Positions 7,171 to 17,900 of a stretch of 64,000 nt of DNA are shown in pieces. The position numbers were made by a program, and so were the translations under genes. Position 1 is the stretch's first letter. The number at the start of each line of letters is the position of its first letter. The DNA comes from a virus: positions 64,001 through 128,000 of IMG/VR virus record IMGVR_UViG_3300029243_000160; one strand, 5' to 3'. The notes beneath the pieces are model-generated. The model had not been told where the DNA came from, ran no database searches, and saw only the letters and a list, made by a program, of their open reading frames with translations.

Positions 7171-8967
7171 ATGAAAAAGCCAACTAAGAAAAGAAAAGCT
7201 CTGCTTGCTCTTGTGATTGGCACAGTCCTTGTAAGTGGTTCGGCGTGGTTTGTCCACAGTCAGAGCAGTAGCAATGATATTGAGAAAATCACTTACACAG
7301 AATACATGGATTTAGTGAAAAAGGGCGATGTTGATACCGTGTTCTACAACGAGAACGATGAGTATATGACAGTTGCCCTTTTTTCTGATAAAACCAGAAA
7401 AATGACTGTCGAAGAACGAGAGAAGTACAAATACGATGATAACGATTATCTTCGAGAGGTAATCTATCCGGATAATGATGACTTCAAAGTCGATTTGCTG
7501 AAACAAGGCGTTTTGGTAAGAAAATCAAATAATAAGGCAACAGAATTTTTAGACCGATACGGTGATATTACACTGTTCTTTTTCCTTGCCGTTTTGATGT
7601 TCTGGATAATTTCTAAGAACTCCCCTGCTTCCAGCAAAGACTTCGCCCATATTATCAACGCCAAAGATATTGATGTTTCTTTTGACGATGTGATTGGACA
7701 TGACGAAATCAAGGACGACCTCAAACTGCTGGTAAAGCAACTGAAAAACGGTGCTGATGCCAAAGACTTATCTCATGGTGTTTTGTTTGAAGGCGGTGCT
7801 GGCACAGGTAAAACCATGCTTGCAAAAGCAATTGCTCATGAGGCAGGTGTCAATTTTATTTCTGCAAATTCCAGTGAATTTATCGAAATGTATGTTGGTC
7901 TGGGTGCAAAACGTGTCCGTGACCTGTTCAAGATGGCAAGAAAGCTTGCACCTTGCGTTCTGTTCTTTGATGAGATTGATGCTGTTGGTGCAGAACGTGG
8001 TTCTCAGAGAAGCAATCGTGAGAACGACCAAACTATCAATGCTATGCTGACAGAACTGGACGGCTTCGATGCCAGAGGCGATATTCTGGTGATTGCAGCA
8101 ACCAACCGAGCAGACACTCTTGACCCTGCCCTGCTCCGTTCCGGACGTTTTGACCGTCAAATCAGAATTGATATTCCAAAGAAATGGGAAACCCGAAAAG
8201 AACTCTTCCAGCTGTACCTGAAAGGAAATCCTATGGAAGAATCTTCGATTGATACGCTGGCAAAACAGACAGTCGGCTTTTCTGGGGCTGATATTGCTGC
8301 TGTATGCCGTGAAGCAAAAATGATTGCATTCCGTGAGGACAGCAAAACTATCACGCCTGACTTTTTGGAAGAAGCAATCGACAAAAAAGTCTTCAAAGGG
8401 AATCGTTCTGACGACAAGCAGCATGAAGATGACCTTGCCATTGTTGCCTATCATGAGGCAGGACACGCTGTCATGACACTTCTCTGCGGTAAAGAAGTGT
8501 CCAGAATTTCCATTATGGGTATGACAAGTGGCGTTGGCGGTGCAGTCTTCCAATCTGACAGTGACCGTTTCTTTGAAACAAAACACGAATACGAAAGTCA
8601 TGTGATGATTGCCTATGCAGGCAGAGCTTCTGAACAAATTCACTTTGGTTCTGATAACATCACGCAAGGAGCTTGCAACGATATTTCTCAGGCAACAAAA
8701 ACACTGATTGCTTATGTTGCAAAGTTCGGTTTTGACAGTGAGTATGGTCTGGTTGATATGGAAGCATTCCAGTCAACGTCATACGGTGACGATGTGCGGA
8801 AGCGTGTTTCGGAGCTTTCAAACAAGTTCTATGAAAAAGCACTGCATCTTCTTTCTGAAAATTACAATGCTGTAGAAGTTCTGGCACAGCATCTTTTGGA
8901 AGTAAAAACAATGTCCGGAGACGAAGCAAAGGAATTGATAGACCATGTTACGAAGAATCAAGCATAG
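7171..8967 (+). CDS. ftsH: FtsH-family AAA+ zinc metalloprotease (element-encoded paralogue)
   Basis: Two N-terminal TM helices; Walker A GGAGTGKT; Walker B LFFDEID; SRH ATNRADTLDPALLRSGRFDRQI; zinc site HEAGHAV. Confidence 0.9.
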   Translation: MKKPTKKRKALLALVIGTVLVSGSAWFVHSQSSSNDIEKITYTEYMDLVKKGDVDTVFYNENDEYMTVALFSDKTRKMTVEEREKYKYDDNDYLREVIYPDNDDFKVDLLKQGVLVRKSNNKATEFLDRYGDITLFFFLAVLMFWIISKNSPASSKDFAHIINAKDIDVSFDDVIGHDEIKDDLKLLVKQLKNGADAKDLSHGVLFEGGAGTGKTMLAKAIAHEAGVNFISANSSEFIEMYVGLGAKRVRDLFKMARKLAPCVLFFDEIDAVGAERGSQRSNRENDQTINAMLTELDGFDARGDILVIAATNRADTLDPALLRSGRFDRQIRIDIPKKWETRKELFQLYLKGNPMEESSIDTLAKQTVGFSGADIAAVCREAKMIAFREDSKTITPDFLEEAIDKKVFKGNRSDDKQHEDDLAIVAYHEAGHAVMTLLCGKEVSRISIMGMTSGVGGAVFQSDSDRFFETKHEYESHVMIAYAGRASEQIHFGSDNITQGACNDISQATKTLIAYVAKFGFDSEYGLVDMEAFQSTSYGDDVRKRVSELSNKFYEKALHLLSENYNAVEVLAQHLLEVKTMSGDEAKELIDHVTKNQA

Positions 8968-9280
8968 AATTTGCGGTGTGTATGACATCGGCTACAGTTA
9001 CACTTTGGACACTTATGTGCTGGCAGTCAATGTACTTGCTCTTTGGCGGTATACTCGTTATTACTCCATCACAAAGGAAGAATACGATTTGCACAGAACA
9101 GCCAAAGGATTAAAAGAGCTGGACAATATTGCGTGGCAGTGTATCAGTGCAGAAAATCAGCATAAGCGTTTTCTTTGTTCTGATATGATGCCAGAAAATA
9201 CGCCGGAGCAGGAAAGCACTCATGCCAAACTGAGCGAAAGCCTCCAGAGGTATGACGCATCAAAAATCAAATTTATTTGA
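8945..9280 (+). CDS. hypothetical protein (111 aa)
   Basis: ORF track only. The start lies inside the ftsH 3' end and no motif was recognised. Confidence 0.35.
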   Translation: MLRRIKHRICGVYDIGYSYTLDTYVLAVNVLALWRYTRYYSITKEEYDLHRTAKGLKELDNIAWQCISAENQHKRFLCSDMMPENTPEQESTHAKLSESLQRYDASKIKFI

Positions 9281-9287
9281 AAGGAGA

Positions 9288-9857
9288 ATGATTGTGATTA
9301 CACATCTCAACCGTTTGGAATATATTCGTCTTCAAGTGGAAATAAAGCTATTTCCAACAAGAAAGCCAATCCGAGAATTTCACAATTATTTCCGCACTTT
9401 CAAACGACCAGAAGAATCTCTGGAAGATGACAGCTTCTGCTCTCCTTTCTTCGCAAACGGAGCAACGCTCACTCTCGGAGATTATTACGGCGACAGGGCA
9501 AATGCCATGCTTACAATTTTGCGTGAGTTGCAAACCAAAAGCTACATTTCCATGTACCTGTCGTATGACTTTCGATTTGTAAAGCCAAATACAGAGTACG
9601 ACACTGCCGGAGCTTTTCAAGAGATTCGGCAGTTCCTTGAAAATGCACTGTGGGGAACAGACCTGTATCTGTTCTTCATGGTATCGCATTTCAATCAGCT
9701 TATTGGAAAATCAGAAGAAGCCAAACCGGAACATTATCACGTTCTGCTTCGTCCTTGTGAAATGAAGGTTGACTTTTTGTCTGCTGCCAACAAGCTGTCT
9801 GAACATCTAAAGAAAAGCCCAATCATCGACCATATAAATATTGACGTGTCAATTTGA
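9288..9857 (+). CDS. hypothetical protein (~190 aa)
   Basis: GAAAGGAG RBS at 9279-9286. Start is ATG 9288 or GTG 9294. No motif recognised. Confidence 0.5.
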   Translation: MIVITHLNRLEYIRLQVEIKLFPTRKPIREFHNYFRTFKRPEESLEDDSFCSPFFANGATLTLGDYYGDRANAMLTILRELQTKSYISMYLSYDFRFVKPNTEYDTAGAFQEIRQFLENALWGTDLYLFFMVSHFNQLIGKSEEAKPEHYHVLLRPCEMKVDFLSAANKLSEHLKKSPIIDHINIDVSI

Positions 9858-9963
9858 CACAGAAAGGCTGAACACAATGGCTCATGTTGACTTATGCTTA
9901 CTGGAAGACTTCGTACACCCAAAGTTTCAAGAATTTTGGACTGAATAACGGCGGTGATAAGCT

Positions 9964-10500
9964 ATGAACGGTAACTGCCACTTCGTTTATGGTGCTTCCG
10001 TAGCCACTGCCCTGTCCATGAATATGGATAAGCTATCCGCAATCGTTCCCACCCTTGCCGTTTCTCCTGAAAACATCACATTGTTTATCTTTGGTGGCTT
10101 GATAGGCGGTATTTTTCCTGACCTTGACAACCCTACCAGCTATGTCGGAAAGCTATCCTCTCCATTAAGCAAGCTGTTTGGTGTGTTGGGAACAGCATCT
10201 GGTAAAACAGGAGCAAATCACAGAGGCATCTTGCATGACCCTCTTGTCTATCTTGTAGGACTATTTCTCTGCTGCCAGCACTTCACTCCACTCATCGGTT
10301 TTTTTATCGGTTGCTTATCACATCTGTTTTTAGATATGTTTAATCCGGCAGGTGTGCCATTCTTATTCGGTGTGAAGCATTTGCACCTGATGAAAATACC
10401 GTCCGGCAGTCGAGAAAGCGTGATTTTTACTTGGTTGAACGTAGTGCTGGTGCTGGTAGTTGGATTCGTACTCCAACTAAATCTTTTTCCTTTAACATAA
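9964..10500 (+). CDS. YdjM/DUF457-like membrane-bound metal-dependent hydrolase
   Basis: Several TM helices with GGIFPDLDNPTSYVGK, HRGILHDP and LSHLFLDMFNPAGVPF, a pattern I associate with the YdjM family. Confidence 0.65.
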   Translation: MNGNCHFVYGASVATALSMNMDKLSAIVPTLAVSPENITLFIFGGLIGGIFPDLDNPTSYVGKLSSPLSKLFGVLGTASGKTGANHRGILHDPLVYLVGLFLCCQHFTPLIGFFIGCLSHLFLDMFNPAGVPFLFGVKHLHLMKIPSGSRESVIFTWLNVVLVLVVGFVLQLNLFPLT

Positions 10501-10554
10501 TAACGGATATTTAACAGAATAAACATTGACCTATATTGATATAAATGATATAAT
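10500..10554 (+). promoter_or_regulatory. ATAACGGATAT motif + promoter (TTGACC-17-TGaTATAAT)
   Basis: Motif 10500-10522, -35 at 10526-10531, extended -10 at 10546-10554. Confidence 0.7.
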
Positions 10555-10560
10555 AAAAAG

Positions 10561-10737
10561 CAGAGAATCCCTTTGTTGCAGGTAGCAACATAATTATGCG
10601 GTAGCACCTTATCTTTTTTCAAGGAAAATCCGTTTTTATGCTTTTACAACCTGCTTGTGATATAGCAGGAAATGAAAAAGGGAATAGAAACGAACGATTT
10701 TACAGGTATGGTGTAGCTCACTGTACCTGTTTTTTTA
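10561..10737 (+). ncRNA. leader RNA A (~175 nt) ending in an intrinsic terminator, upstream of the 10761-21421 operon
   Basis: Promoter-to-terminator unit. Shares the block ATGCGGTAGCACCTT...CAAGGRAA...TCCG and a CCTGCT/AGCAGG hairpin with leader B (21493-21725). Confidence 0.5.
10702..10737 (+). terminator. rho-independent terminator/attenuator
   Basis: ACAGGTATGGT...ACTGTACCTGT stem (~11 bp including G-U pairs) followed by TTTTTTT, 24 nt before the ATG at 10761. Confidence 0.7.
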
Positions 10738-10760
10738 TTTGCTGAGAAAGGAATTAAACT

Positions 10761-12461
10761 ATGGCTTGGGACAATAATGCAGAAACATTACTTGGCGAGG
10801 AACTGACCAATATTTTGGATAGCAATGATATTTCGGTCTATTCTGCCGAGCAAACCGAAAACGGTATGTCAATCGGTCTGGAGTTCTATTCAGACTTGGG
10901 CGAAGATGTAATCGTTGACATCGACTGCAAGGATAAGGACGACTTCGTAAAGAAGTTCGGAGAATATGCTCAGGACTTTGATGTAAACGAACACGCTGAA
11001 ATGTGGATTGAGGGACGTGGCACAAATGGTGTGCCGGAAAGTATCGCCGACTTGCTGGAAGATGCTCAATCCATTAAAAACTTTTTGGAACAGGTTTCCG
11101 ATGAACTGGAAGGAAAAGAACACACTCGTGAATCTGCGGAAGTTACCGTTTCCTTTGACAAAGAGGAACTGGATAAAATCGCAGCATTTGCAGAGCTGGA
11201 CGTTGACACGATGAGCGTAGAAGATTTAGCCGAAGCATTGCATAGCATCGTTGCTGAAATGGAAGCTCCGGAGCAGGAACAGACGGTTTCCAAAGAAGAA
11301 GTTATTGCGTGGGGCAAAGAAACGCTTAGTGACTTGACGAACGGAACAAACCAACTTGTAATTACACCGTCTGGATATGACGACTTCATTTCTTCTTCGA
11401 CTATTTTGAATGCTTTTCAGGAGTATTCAGGAAGCAAGCCGAAAGTCATACGACCAGAAAACACGTCTTTTTCAGACTATCTGTACGATGAGGTTCAGGA
11501 TTCCTTGTTTGATAATGTTATGTATCTGGAAGAAGACCTTGCATCACAGATAAAAACACTTGCCGAAGAAAAAGGCGATGCGTTCGTAGAGGCTCTTGAA
11601 AATCTGGACGAAGACTTGCCTTATGAGTTACTGGAACAGTTCGGCTATGAAGGAGCAACTGTAGATATGTCAGAGTTCCTTGACCACGATTATAAGGTAA
11701 ATCTCCTTCTGGCAACGGAACAGGAACTCAATTACGACAATACTTCTATTTCCAGAATGGCACACGGCATCATAGGCGAAGACGGCAAGCTGACATTGAA
11801 GGACTATAATGATTTTCATGATAAGACAGTCACTGCTGCCGACCAGCTTGAAACATATTCTGACAATGCCCTTTCCTACCTTGTACATCAGCAGGGGTAT
11901 ACCGTTGAAGAAATGATGCACACAGTACAGGCAAGAATCGCTGAAAGCAACTACGATACATCAGAATTTATTGAAAGCGTTGTCAATGAACTGGACGGCA
12001 CATATTCTGACTATAATGAACAGCTCACTGCTCTCATAAGCATCAATGGTAACAACCTTGTGGAGATGCTAGACAAGGTTGCAGAGGGCAAGGATAATAT
12101 TGTTCTTGGAACTGATACTGTAATCGGTCTGTATGACCGTATGAACGGTGCAGGTTCGGACTTTGAAATTCAATTGGAAGAAGATATGGTGATTCCGACT
12201 ACAATGGTTCAAATTGTTCAAATGGAATCCTCTGGAAGAAGTGATGTTGTAAGTTCAAAGGATAACATTGGATATTCTGTTGATGATACCTATGGCTTTG
12301 TAGGCACTCAGTGGCAGGATTCCTACAAAGGAATTACAGATAAAGCTCCGACTTTAGTACAAGAAAACATGAAGGAAACATACGAGAAGCTGAACAACTT
12401 CGAGCCTGAGAAAGACGATGTAATCAAAGATGACAAGGAAGACGATTTTGGACTGGATTAA
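10761..12461 (+). CDS. large acidic protein (566 aa), function unknown
   Basis: RBS GAGAAAGGAA. D/E-rich throughout (tail EKDDVIKDDKEDDFGLD). No catalytic motif recognised. Confidence 0.75.
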   Translation: MAWDNNAETLLGEELTNILDSNDISVYSAEQTENGMSIGLEFYSDLGEDVIVDIDCKDKDDFVKKFGEYAQDFDVNEHAEMWIEGRGTNGVPESIADLLEDAQSIKNFLEQVSDELEGKEHTRESAEVTVSFDKEELDKIAAFAELDVDTMSVEDLAEALHSIVAEMEAPEQEQTVSKEEVIAWGKETLSDLTNGTNQLVITPSGYDDFISSSTILNAFQEYSGSKPKVIRPENTSFSDYLYDEVQDSLFDNVMYLEEDLASQIKTLAEEKGDAFVEALENLDEDLPYELLEQFGYEGATVDMSEFLDHDYKVNLLLATEQELNYDNTSISRMAHGIIGEDGKLTLKDYNDFHDKTVTAADQLETYSDNALSYLVHQQGYTVEEMMHTVQARIAESNYDTSEFIESVVNELDGTYSDYNEQLTALISINGNNLVEMLDKVAEGKDNIVLGTDTVIGLYDRMNGAGSDFEIQLEEDMVIPTTMVQIVQMESSGRSDVVSSKDNIGYSVDDTYGFVGTQWQDSYKGITDKAPTLVQENMKETYEKLNNFEPEKDDVIKDDKEDDFGLD

Positions 12462-12550
12462 GCAAGCTCAACAGATTCCCTTTGCAAGTTGCCACTGCGT
12501 TTCAAACATGGTACACTCAAAGAACAAAATCGTGTGAAAGGGGAATACAT

Positions 12551-13603
12551 ATGAGTGACACTTCTTTTTTTAAGAACCATACTATTAAAGTTTCTGTAGA
12601 TAATGTTGACCAGCAGCTAAGACGCTATTTAACTGCTTGCGAAAATGAAAAGGCTACTTATCGCATTGTAGAAGATGCTATTTCTGAACGACTGATACCG
12701 ATAGTAGAAAACATGATGTCAGATGATGCGATGGAAGGTGGTGTTCACCCGATGAAGCATCATACTTATCAGGGACAGCCTGCCCTCTTCTGCTCTCACT
12801 CATGCTATGTTGCGAATTACACCTTTGCGAGAGGATTCGTTTATGATGAACTCAAAAAAATTGGCGATTTGCCGTTTTATGATGCTGGTAATATGATTGA
12901 TGAAGGCAATCGTTTACTGGATATGATTGACGACTTGGAGCAAGGCATGAAATACGAAAGCTTCAACAAGAAGTATTATCGTGTTCCAAAGTTGAAAGGC
13001 GTTGACCGCCTGCTCTCTGGAATAGAGCGTATGGTTGATGATGCAATCAAAAACGATTTCCATTGGAGTAAAGTCTCTGACGTGATGCCTTTTTATAATA
13101 CTGCAACAGGTGAATGCGGAATGTTTGTTGATTTACAGCCGGATAAAAGAATAACAGACTATACGATGTTTCCTTTTTTAAGCCAGAATAGACAAGCGTT
13201 AGGCGTTGGTGTCCCTGCATTAAAAAATGATATGCTGTATATGAATGGGAGCAATCCTGTTCAGCGGTATAATTTACATCTGTTCTTCACACTTACAAAT
13301 CCTTTGAAAAACAAGGAAGAATTTGAATTGAAATATGCGAAATTTGATTTTGTAAGAAAAGATGTTCCTATCAGCGGCATATATATGCTGGATAATTTTG
13401 TTGGCACTGTTGTCGATGTCAATTTATCCGCAGTAAACACAAAAGAATTTGCGTCAAAGCTGTTAAATGACAAGATATTTCACCAAAAATACGCTACACT
13501 TGGCAGCGAAGAAATTGGGAAATATTTTGTAAGAGAGTATGAGGCAGGAATAAAAGCCCTTACTTCAAACGAAAAAGTAATTCAAAGTGAGGTAGAACGA
13601 TGA
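12551..13603 (+). CDS. hypothetical protein (350 aa)
   Basis: ATG 12551 preceded by GAAAGGGGAA. The ORF-track start 12482 is TTG without RBS. Confidence 0.7.
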   Translation: MSDTSFFKNHTIKVSVDNVDQQLRRYLTACENEKATYRIVEDAISERLIPIVENMMSDDAMEGGVHPMKHHTYQGQPALFCSHSCYVANYTFARGFVYDELKKIGDLPFYDAGNMIDEGNRLLDMIDDLEQGMKYESFNKKYYRVPKLKGVDRLLSGIERMVDDAIKNDFHWSKVSDVMPFYNTATGECGMFVDLQPDKRITDYTMFPFLSQNRQALGVGVPALKNDMLYMNGSNPVQRYNLHLFFTLTNPLKNKEEFELKYAKFDFVRKDVPISGIYMLDNFVGTVVDVNLSAVNTKEFASKLLNDKIFHQKYATLGSEEIGKYFVREYEAGIKALTSNEKVIQSEVER

Positions 13604-14577
13604 ACGAAGATATGTTCACACTGAATGATGAACGTACCATTCAGGAGATGCTTGACGATTATGACAAGCTAAAAGAAGAAGTTGCTCTTCTGCCCTCTGA
13701 TGTTCCAAAAGAAGAACTTACAGAGAAACAGTCACAACTTTTGGACGACTACGAACAAAATCGTGACTTTTTGAATCACGCACGGAATGCTCTGGATTTT
13801 ACCAGAGCGTCCACTGTGAATATTGTCACTGGAGATGCACGAGAAGGCAATACGCAGGTACAGTCTCTGTACAAAGATGCTGACGAGTACAGTGAAGCTG
13901 TAACAACGCTGACTGCCGGATTTGATGACAGACTATCAGAAGCAATGGAATCCACACGAGAGACCCCAGTGTACAAAGAGCTGGAAATCCCTGTGGGACA
14001 ATTCAATTCCATTGCAAATGCTCCGCTGAACAATCCAGAAATCTCGCAGATGATTGATGAGAAACTTCCGGATAAAGAAGCTGATGTACTTACTGTTGGT
14101 GAAATGGTCGCTGTAATCGACTACACCAACCAGCTTTTTTCTGAATACGATATTCGAGAAGACAGTGTTCTGAAAGATACGATGGACGAGATTCAGCTGA
14201 ATATTGAGTTTGACAAAGCAAATAAACTTTCCGAAGAACGATATGAGCATGAAGCAGAACATTCAGAAGACAAAGAGCGTAACGGCGATGATGAAGTTGT
14301 TATTGTGGAAAGCAGTGATGGCTATGTTATGAATACTTCCGAAGAAATCACTGCTGAGAATTATCACGAGGTTTCCAGTAAAATTGAAAATGGAAATGAA
14401 GTTGTTCACAACGAACCGCCCAGATACACCACCAATGATTTATCCGAAGTTGGCGGTAATATTGAATTGGAAGAGGTTGATGACCTCGGAACAATTGAAG
14501 AGGCTCAGGGTGTTCTCTCCGAAGAAGAACAGGAACAGCAAGAACAAGACAACTCCGATTATGATATGGATAGATAA
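13600..14577 (+). CDS. acidic protein (325 aa)
   Basis: ATGA overlap with the upstream stop. Very D/E-rich, especially the C-terminal third. Confidence 0.7.
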   Translation: MNEDMFTLNDERTIQEMLDDYDKLKEEVALLPSDVPKEELTEKQSQLLDDYEQNRDFLNHARNALDFTRASTVNIVTGDAREGNTQVQSLYKDADEYSEAVTTLTAGFDDRLSEAMESTRETPVYKELEIPVGQFNSIANAPLNNPEISQMIDEKLPDKEADVLTVGEMVAVIDYTNQLFSEYDIREDSVLKDTMDEIQLNIEFDKANKLSEERYEHEAEHSEDKERNGDDEVVIVESSDGYVMNTSEEITAENYHEVSSKIENGNEVVHNEPPRYTTNDLSEVGGNIELEEVDDLGTIEEAQGVLSEEEQEQQEQDNSDYDMDR

Positions 14578-14613
14578 GTGCAGGCACTCTCCTGCTATTT
14601 TATTTCGCCACAA

Positions 14614-14636
14614 ATAACGGATATTTCGCAGAGTAA
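14614..14636 (+). promoter_or_regulatory. ATAACGGATATTTCGCAGAGTAA motif in 5' UTR position
   Basis: Same motif as the other 12 copies. Here it directly abuts the RBS (..CAGAGTAAATAGAAAGG, identical to the xis copy). Confidence 0.6.
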
Positions 14637-14655
14637 ATAGAAAGGCGTTGTTTAT

Positions 14656-14946
14656 ATGGAAAAGTTCAATGTAAAAAAGATTGAAAACGCAATTCTTACA
14701 GATTGCCCTGATGATGCAATTCAGGAAGTCATTGAAACGGCTGATATTCCGATTTACGGACAACTATTGCTTGATGTGAACAACAATGACAGTTTTCTGC
14801 ACTTCTCTTTCAGAGCAAGAGATTGCAACATTGTTTATAGCTTCGATGTAATTGGCTTCACCATTTCTCCTGTAGCAGAAAATGATGAGACTGAATATAG
14901 TTTTGAAACAAGTGACGGCACATACACTTTCGTTTGTAAAGATTAA
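14656..14946 (+). CDS. hypothetical protein (96 aa)
   Basis: ORF track; RBS AGAAAGG. Confidence 0.6.
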   Translation: MEKFNVKKIENAILTDCPDDAIQEVIETADIPIYGQLLLDVNNNDSFLHFSFRARDCNIVYSFDVIGFTISPVAENDETEYSFETSDGTYTFVCKD

Positions 14947-14960
14947 GGAAGGAGTACCAC

Positions 14961-17900
14961 ATGGCAAAGAAGAAAATCGAAGATTTCGGCGAAGAAATAT
15001 TCGGTGCAAGAAAACATCTTGCTCAATTGAATCGTGAACTTCGTGCTACAGACATCGGCGATTGGACAGATGCTGAAAGAGAACAAAATGTAACGAAGAA
15101 TACTGCATTCCCGAAAGTTGACTACAAGAAAGAGTATGCAGACGGCAAAGACAGAGAAGTTTTGTATTTCATTAAGACACTTCGTGACAAATTACCTACA
15201 CAGCCGCTTTATCCCTTAAAAAGTCTTTATACGCCAGAACAGCTTCCAGAAGCGAAAAGGCAGGCTCAGGAAGATTATCTGACGACTGTTTCCTATGTGT
15301 ATCAAAAAGCGATGCAGTTGGAAAAGCCAGAGGATTTCAAAAAGTTCTTTAATGAAGTGTCTGCTGCCAAACTCCCTAAGAGCGATAAAATCTTAAAAGA
15401 TGCAAAGAAAGTTCTGGATTTTGACGGTAGATGGGGAGAATACACTTATCAAAGATTTCAGAGCAAACTTGAAAAAAATAAATTCTGCTTTTCCGACAAG
15501 GAAAAATTGCTGAGTAATTATGAGATTTACAAATATGATGGGAAGAACGTCAAACGTGACGAGCAGCTTTCTAAAGCTTATCACAAAGATTACATGAACG
15601 TGTCATTCGGGTACGGTAAGCGAATATTTCTTGCTAATAACGAAACCGAGGCAAACCCTGACAACTGGAAGCAGGACACATATTTTGCGATTGCTAAAAG
15701 CAAAGTAGACTTGATTGCAATGAACATTCCGTCAAGAGAAGCCATAGAAGAAAAACTTGTTGCGATAGAGCAGGAAAAGCCACAGACAGAGAAGACAAAA
15801 AAAGCTGGTAAGAAGGCGTTGAAGCCACTGCAATTACAGCATATCCGACCGACCACAGAAGATTACAGACAGGGTAAGCCCGTGGTTGAAAACGATTTTA
15901 TGAAAGATAGCTCTACTGCTACTTTTCCGTTCCGTGGCGTACAGTTCGGCAACTGGACAAACCAGAATGACAGACAGGAAAATCTGAATATGTCATTTGA
16001 TGCTTTCAAAGACCTTGCCAAAGCTCTGCACATTCACGATGAAGATGTTACCCTTGGTGGACAGCTGGCAATTGCATATGGTGCAAGAGGTCACAGCGGA
16101 GCAGTTGCTCATTACGAACCAGCAGAAAATGTTATCAACCTCACAAAAATGAGAGGTGCTGGCTCTCTGGGACATGAATGGGGACACGCTCTCGACAATT
16201 ATATTGCCAAGCAAATTGGTTCTCATGAGATGTTCGCATCAGATGGTGCTTCGATAGACCACATTTACGGCGTAGATAATCCAATGGTAAATCTGCTGAA
16301 CACAATGAAGTATGACAATAGTGATACTGGCAGAACACAGTTTTATCGTGATGCTAAGGCACTGGACGGTGCTTACAGCACAACAGGAAACCAGAAAGGC
16401 AGCAATAAAAAAGGGCTGTACTGGTCGAGCGAAACAGAAATGTTTGCTCGTGCTTTTGCATCTTATGTACATGATAAATTGGGCGAATCTGATTATCTGG
16501 TAGGTCATTCAGAAGGCAATTATCCCATCACTAAAAAAGATGGGACAGAAACCACAGTTTCCATTTCTCCACAGGGCAAAGAAAGAGAACGCATCAACGA
16601 TGCTTTCGATAAGCTTTTTGAACGGCTGAAAGAAATGGAGATTCTTCATGACAGTGGCAGAGAGCTACCGAAAGAGCAAACGAATACTGTGCAAAAAGAC
16701 GCTCAGGAAGAACAGATTCAGTCCTCTCCTGCTATATCTCCTACCTCTGAAAGCCAAAAAACAAGCACAGAATCCAAACAGACCTTGCAGCAACTTGTTG
16801 AAAATGCAATGCAGAAAGCAAAGATGATGGTCGATGCGGAAAGTTTGAAGGAAGGGGATATTGTTCGCCTTTATGGTGATACCGCCATAGATTCCAGAAC
16901 CATGAAACCTACCGAATTGCCACCAACATATGCAAAAGTGGATTCTGTTAGTGAATCTTCTATCAGTTTCAAAACATATTCTGATGAAGAATGCACAAAA
17001 ATGAATGGTATCAGTTCTTATTTTTCTACACCGGACGAACCGTGGACAAAGAAACTCGCCACACAGGGCTTCGATGTGATTCAGACAAAAGAACAACAGC
17101 TTGCAGAGCAAATGGCTGCTGAACAGGAAACATCACAGCAGAAAGAACGTCCAGTTACAATTACCTGCATTTATTCCGAAAGCCTTGGAATTGAAAGTGG
17201 TAAAACGTATTCCGTATCAGAGTTTGATGCGACCATGAAACAGCTTGACGATGAACGTGTCAGCAACCGCAAAGAAGGCTTGGAAAAGTACGGCAGTGAG
17301 AGGGCTTGGGAGCAACAAGATGAACAGTCTTATTATGCCAGCCTCGGCTATGATAAAACATCATTTACGATAAATTTGAATGACGGCACACAGGAAACTT
17401 TCCGTCAAGACATTGGCGATGGAGATGGTGGTGTCATAGATTTTGTAAAGTCGATTGGCAGAGATGACCTTGCTGAAATTCTCCAGAATGCAGTTGTCGC
17501 CGAACAGCAGATGGCACAGGAACAAGCAGAGCCTGCTCCGGAAGTAACTGAACCGAAAGAAGATGTTCAGAACACAGAACAGGCAGATGCTCAGTCAGCG
17601 ACAAACGACCATTCGTATGAGTATATGCTTCTTGACCGTTTGCGTTCGGACTGTGAATACTTCCTTGGTACAGGCGAAACCGCAGAAAACAATCATCTGT
17701 GTGCTGGTAATCCGGAAGCTCAGATTGAAAAAATGCAGGAGCTTTATGATATGCTCCCTGAAAAACCAGAATGGCTAACACAGGAAGACATCAATCAATA
17801 TGCACAGCAAATGATTCCGGAAAAAGAGGCTGAAAAGACTGAACCACCCTCTCCTGCTGTTTCAGAACAAGAATCTGAAACAAATCGGATTGCTGATGAA

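Noticed and set aside
7768-8667. 299-aa minus-strand ORF
   Set aside because: It is antisense to ftsH, whose motifs are unambiguous.
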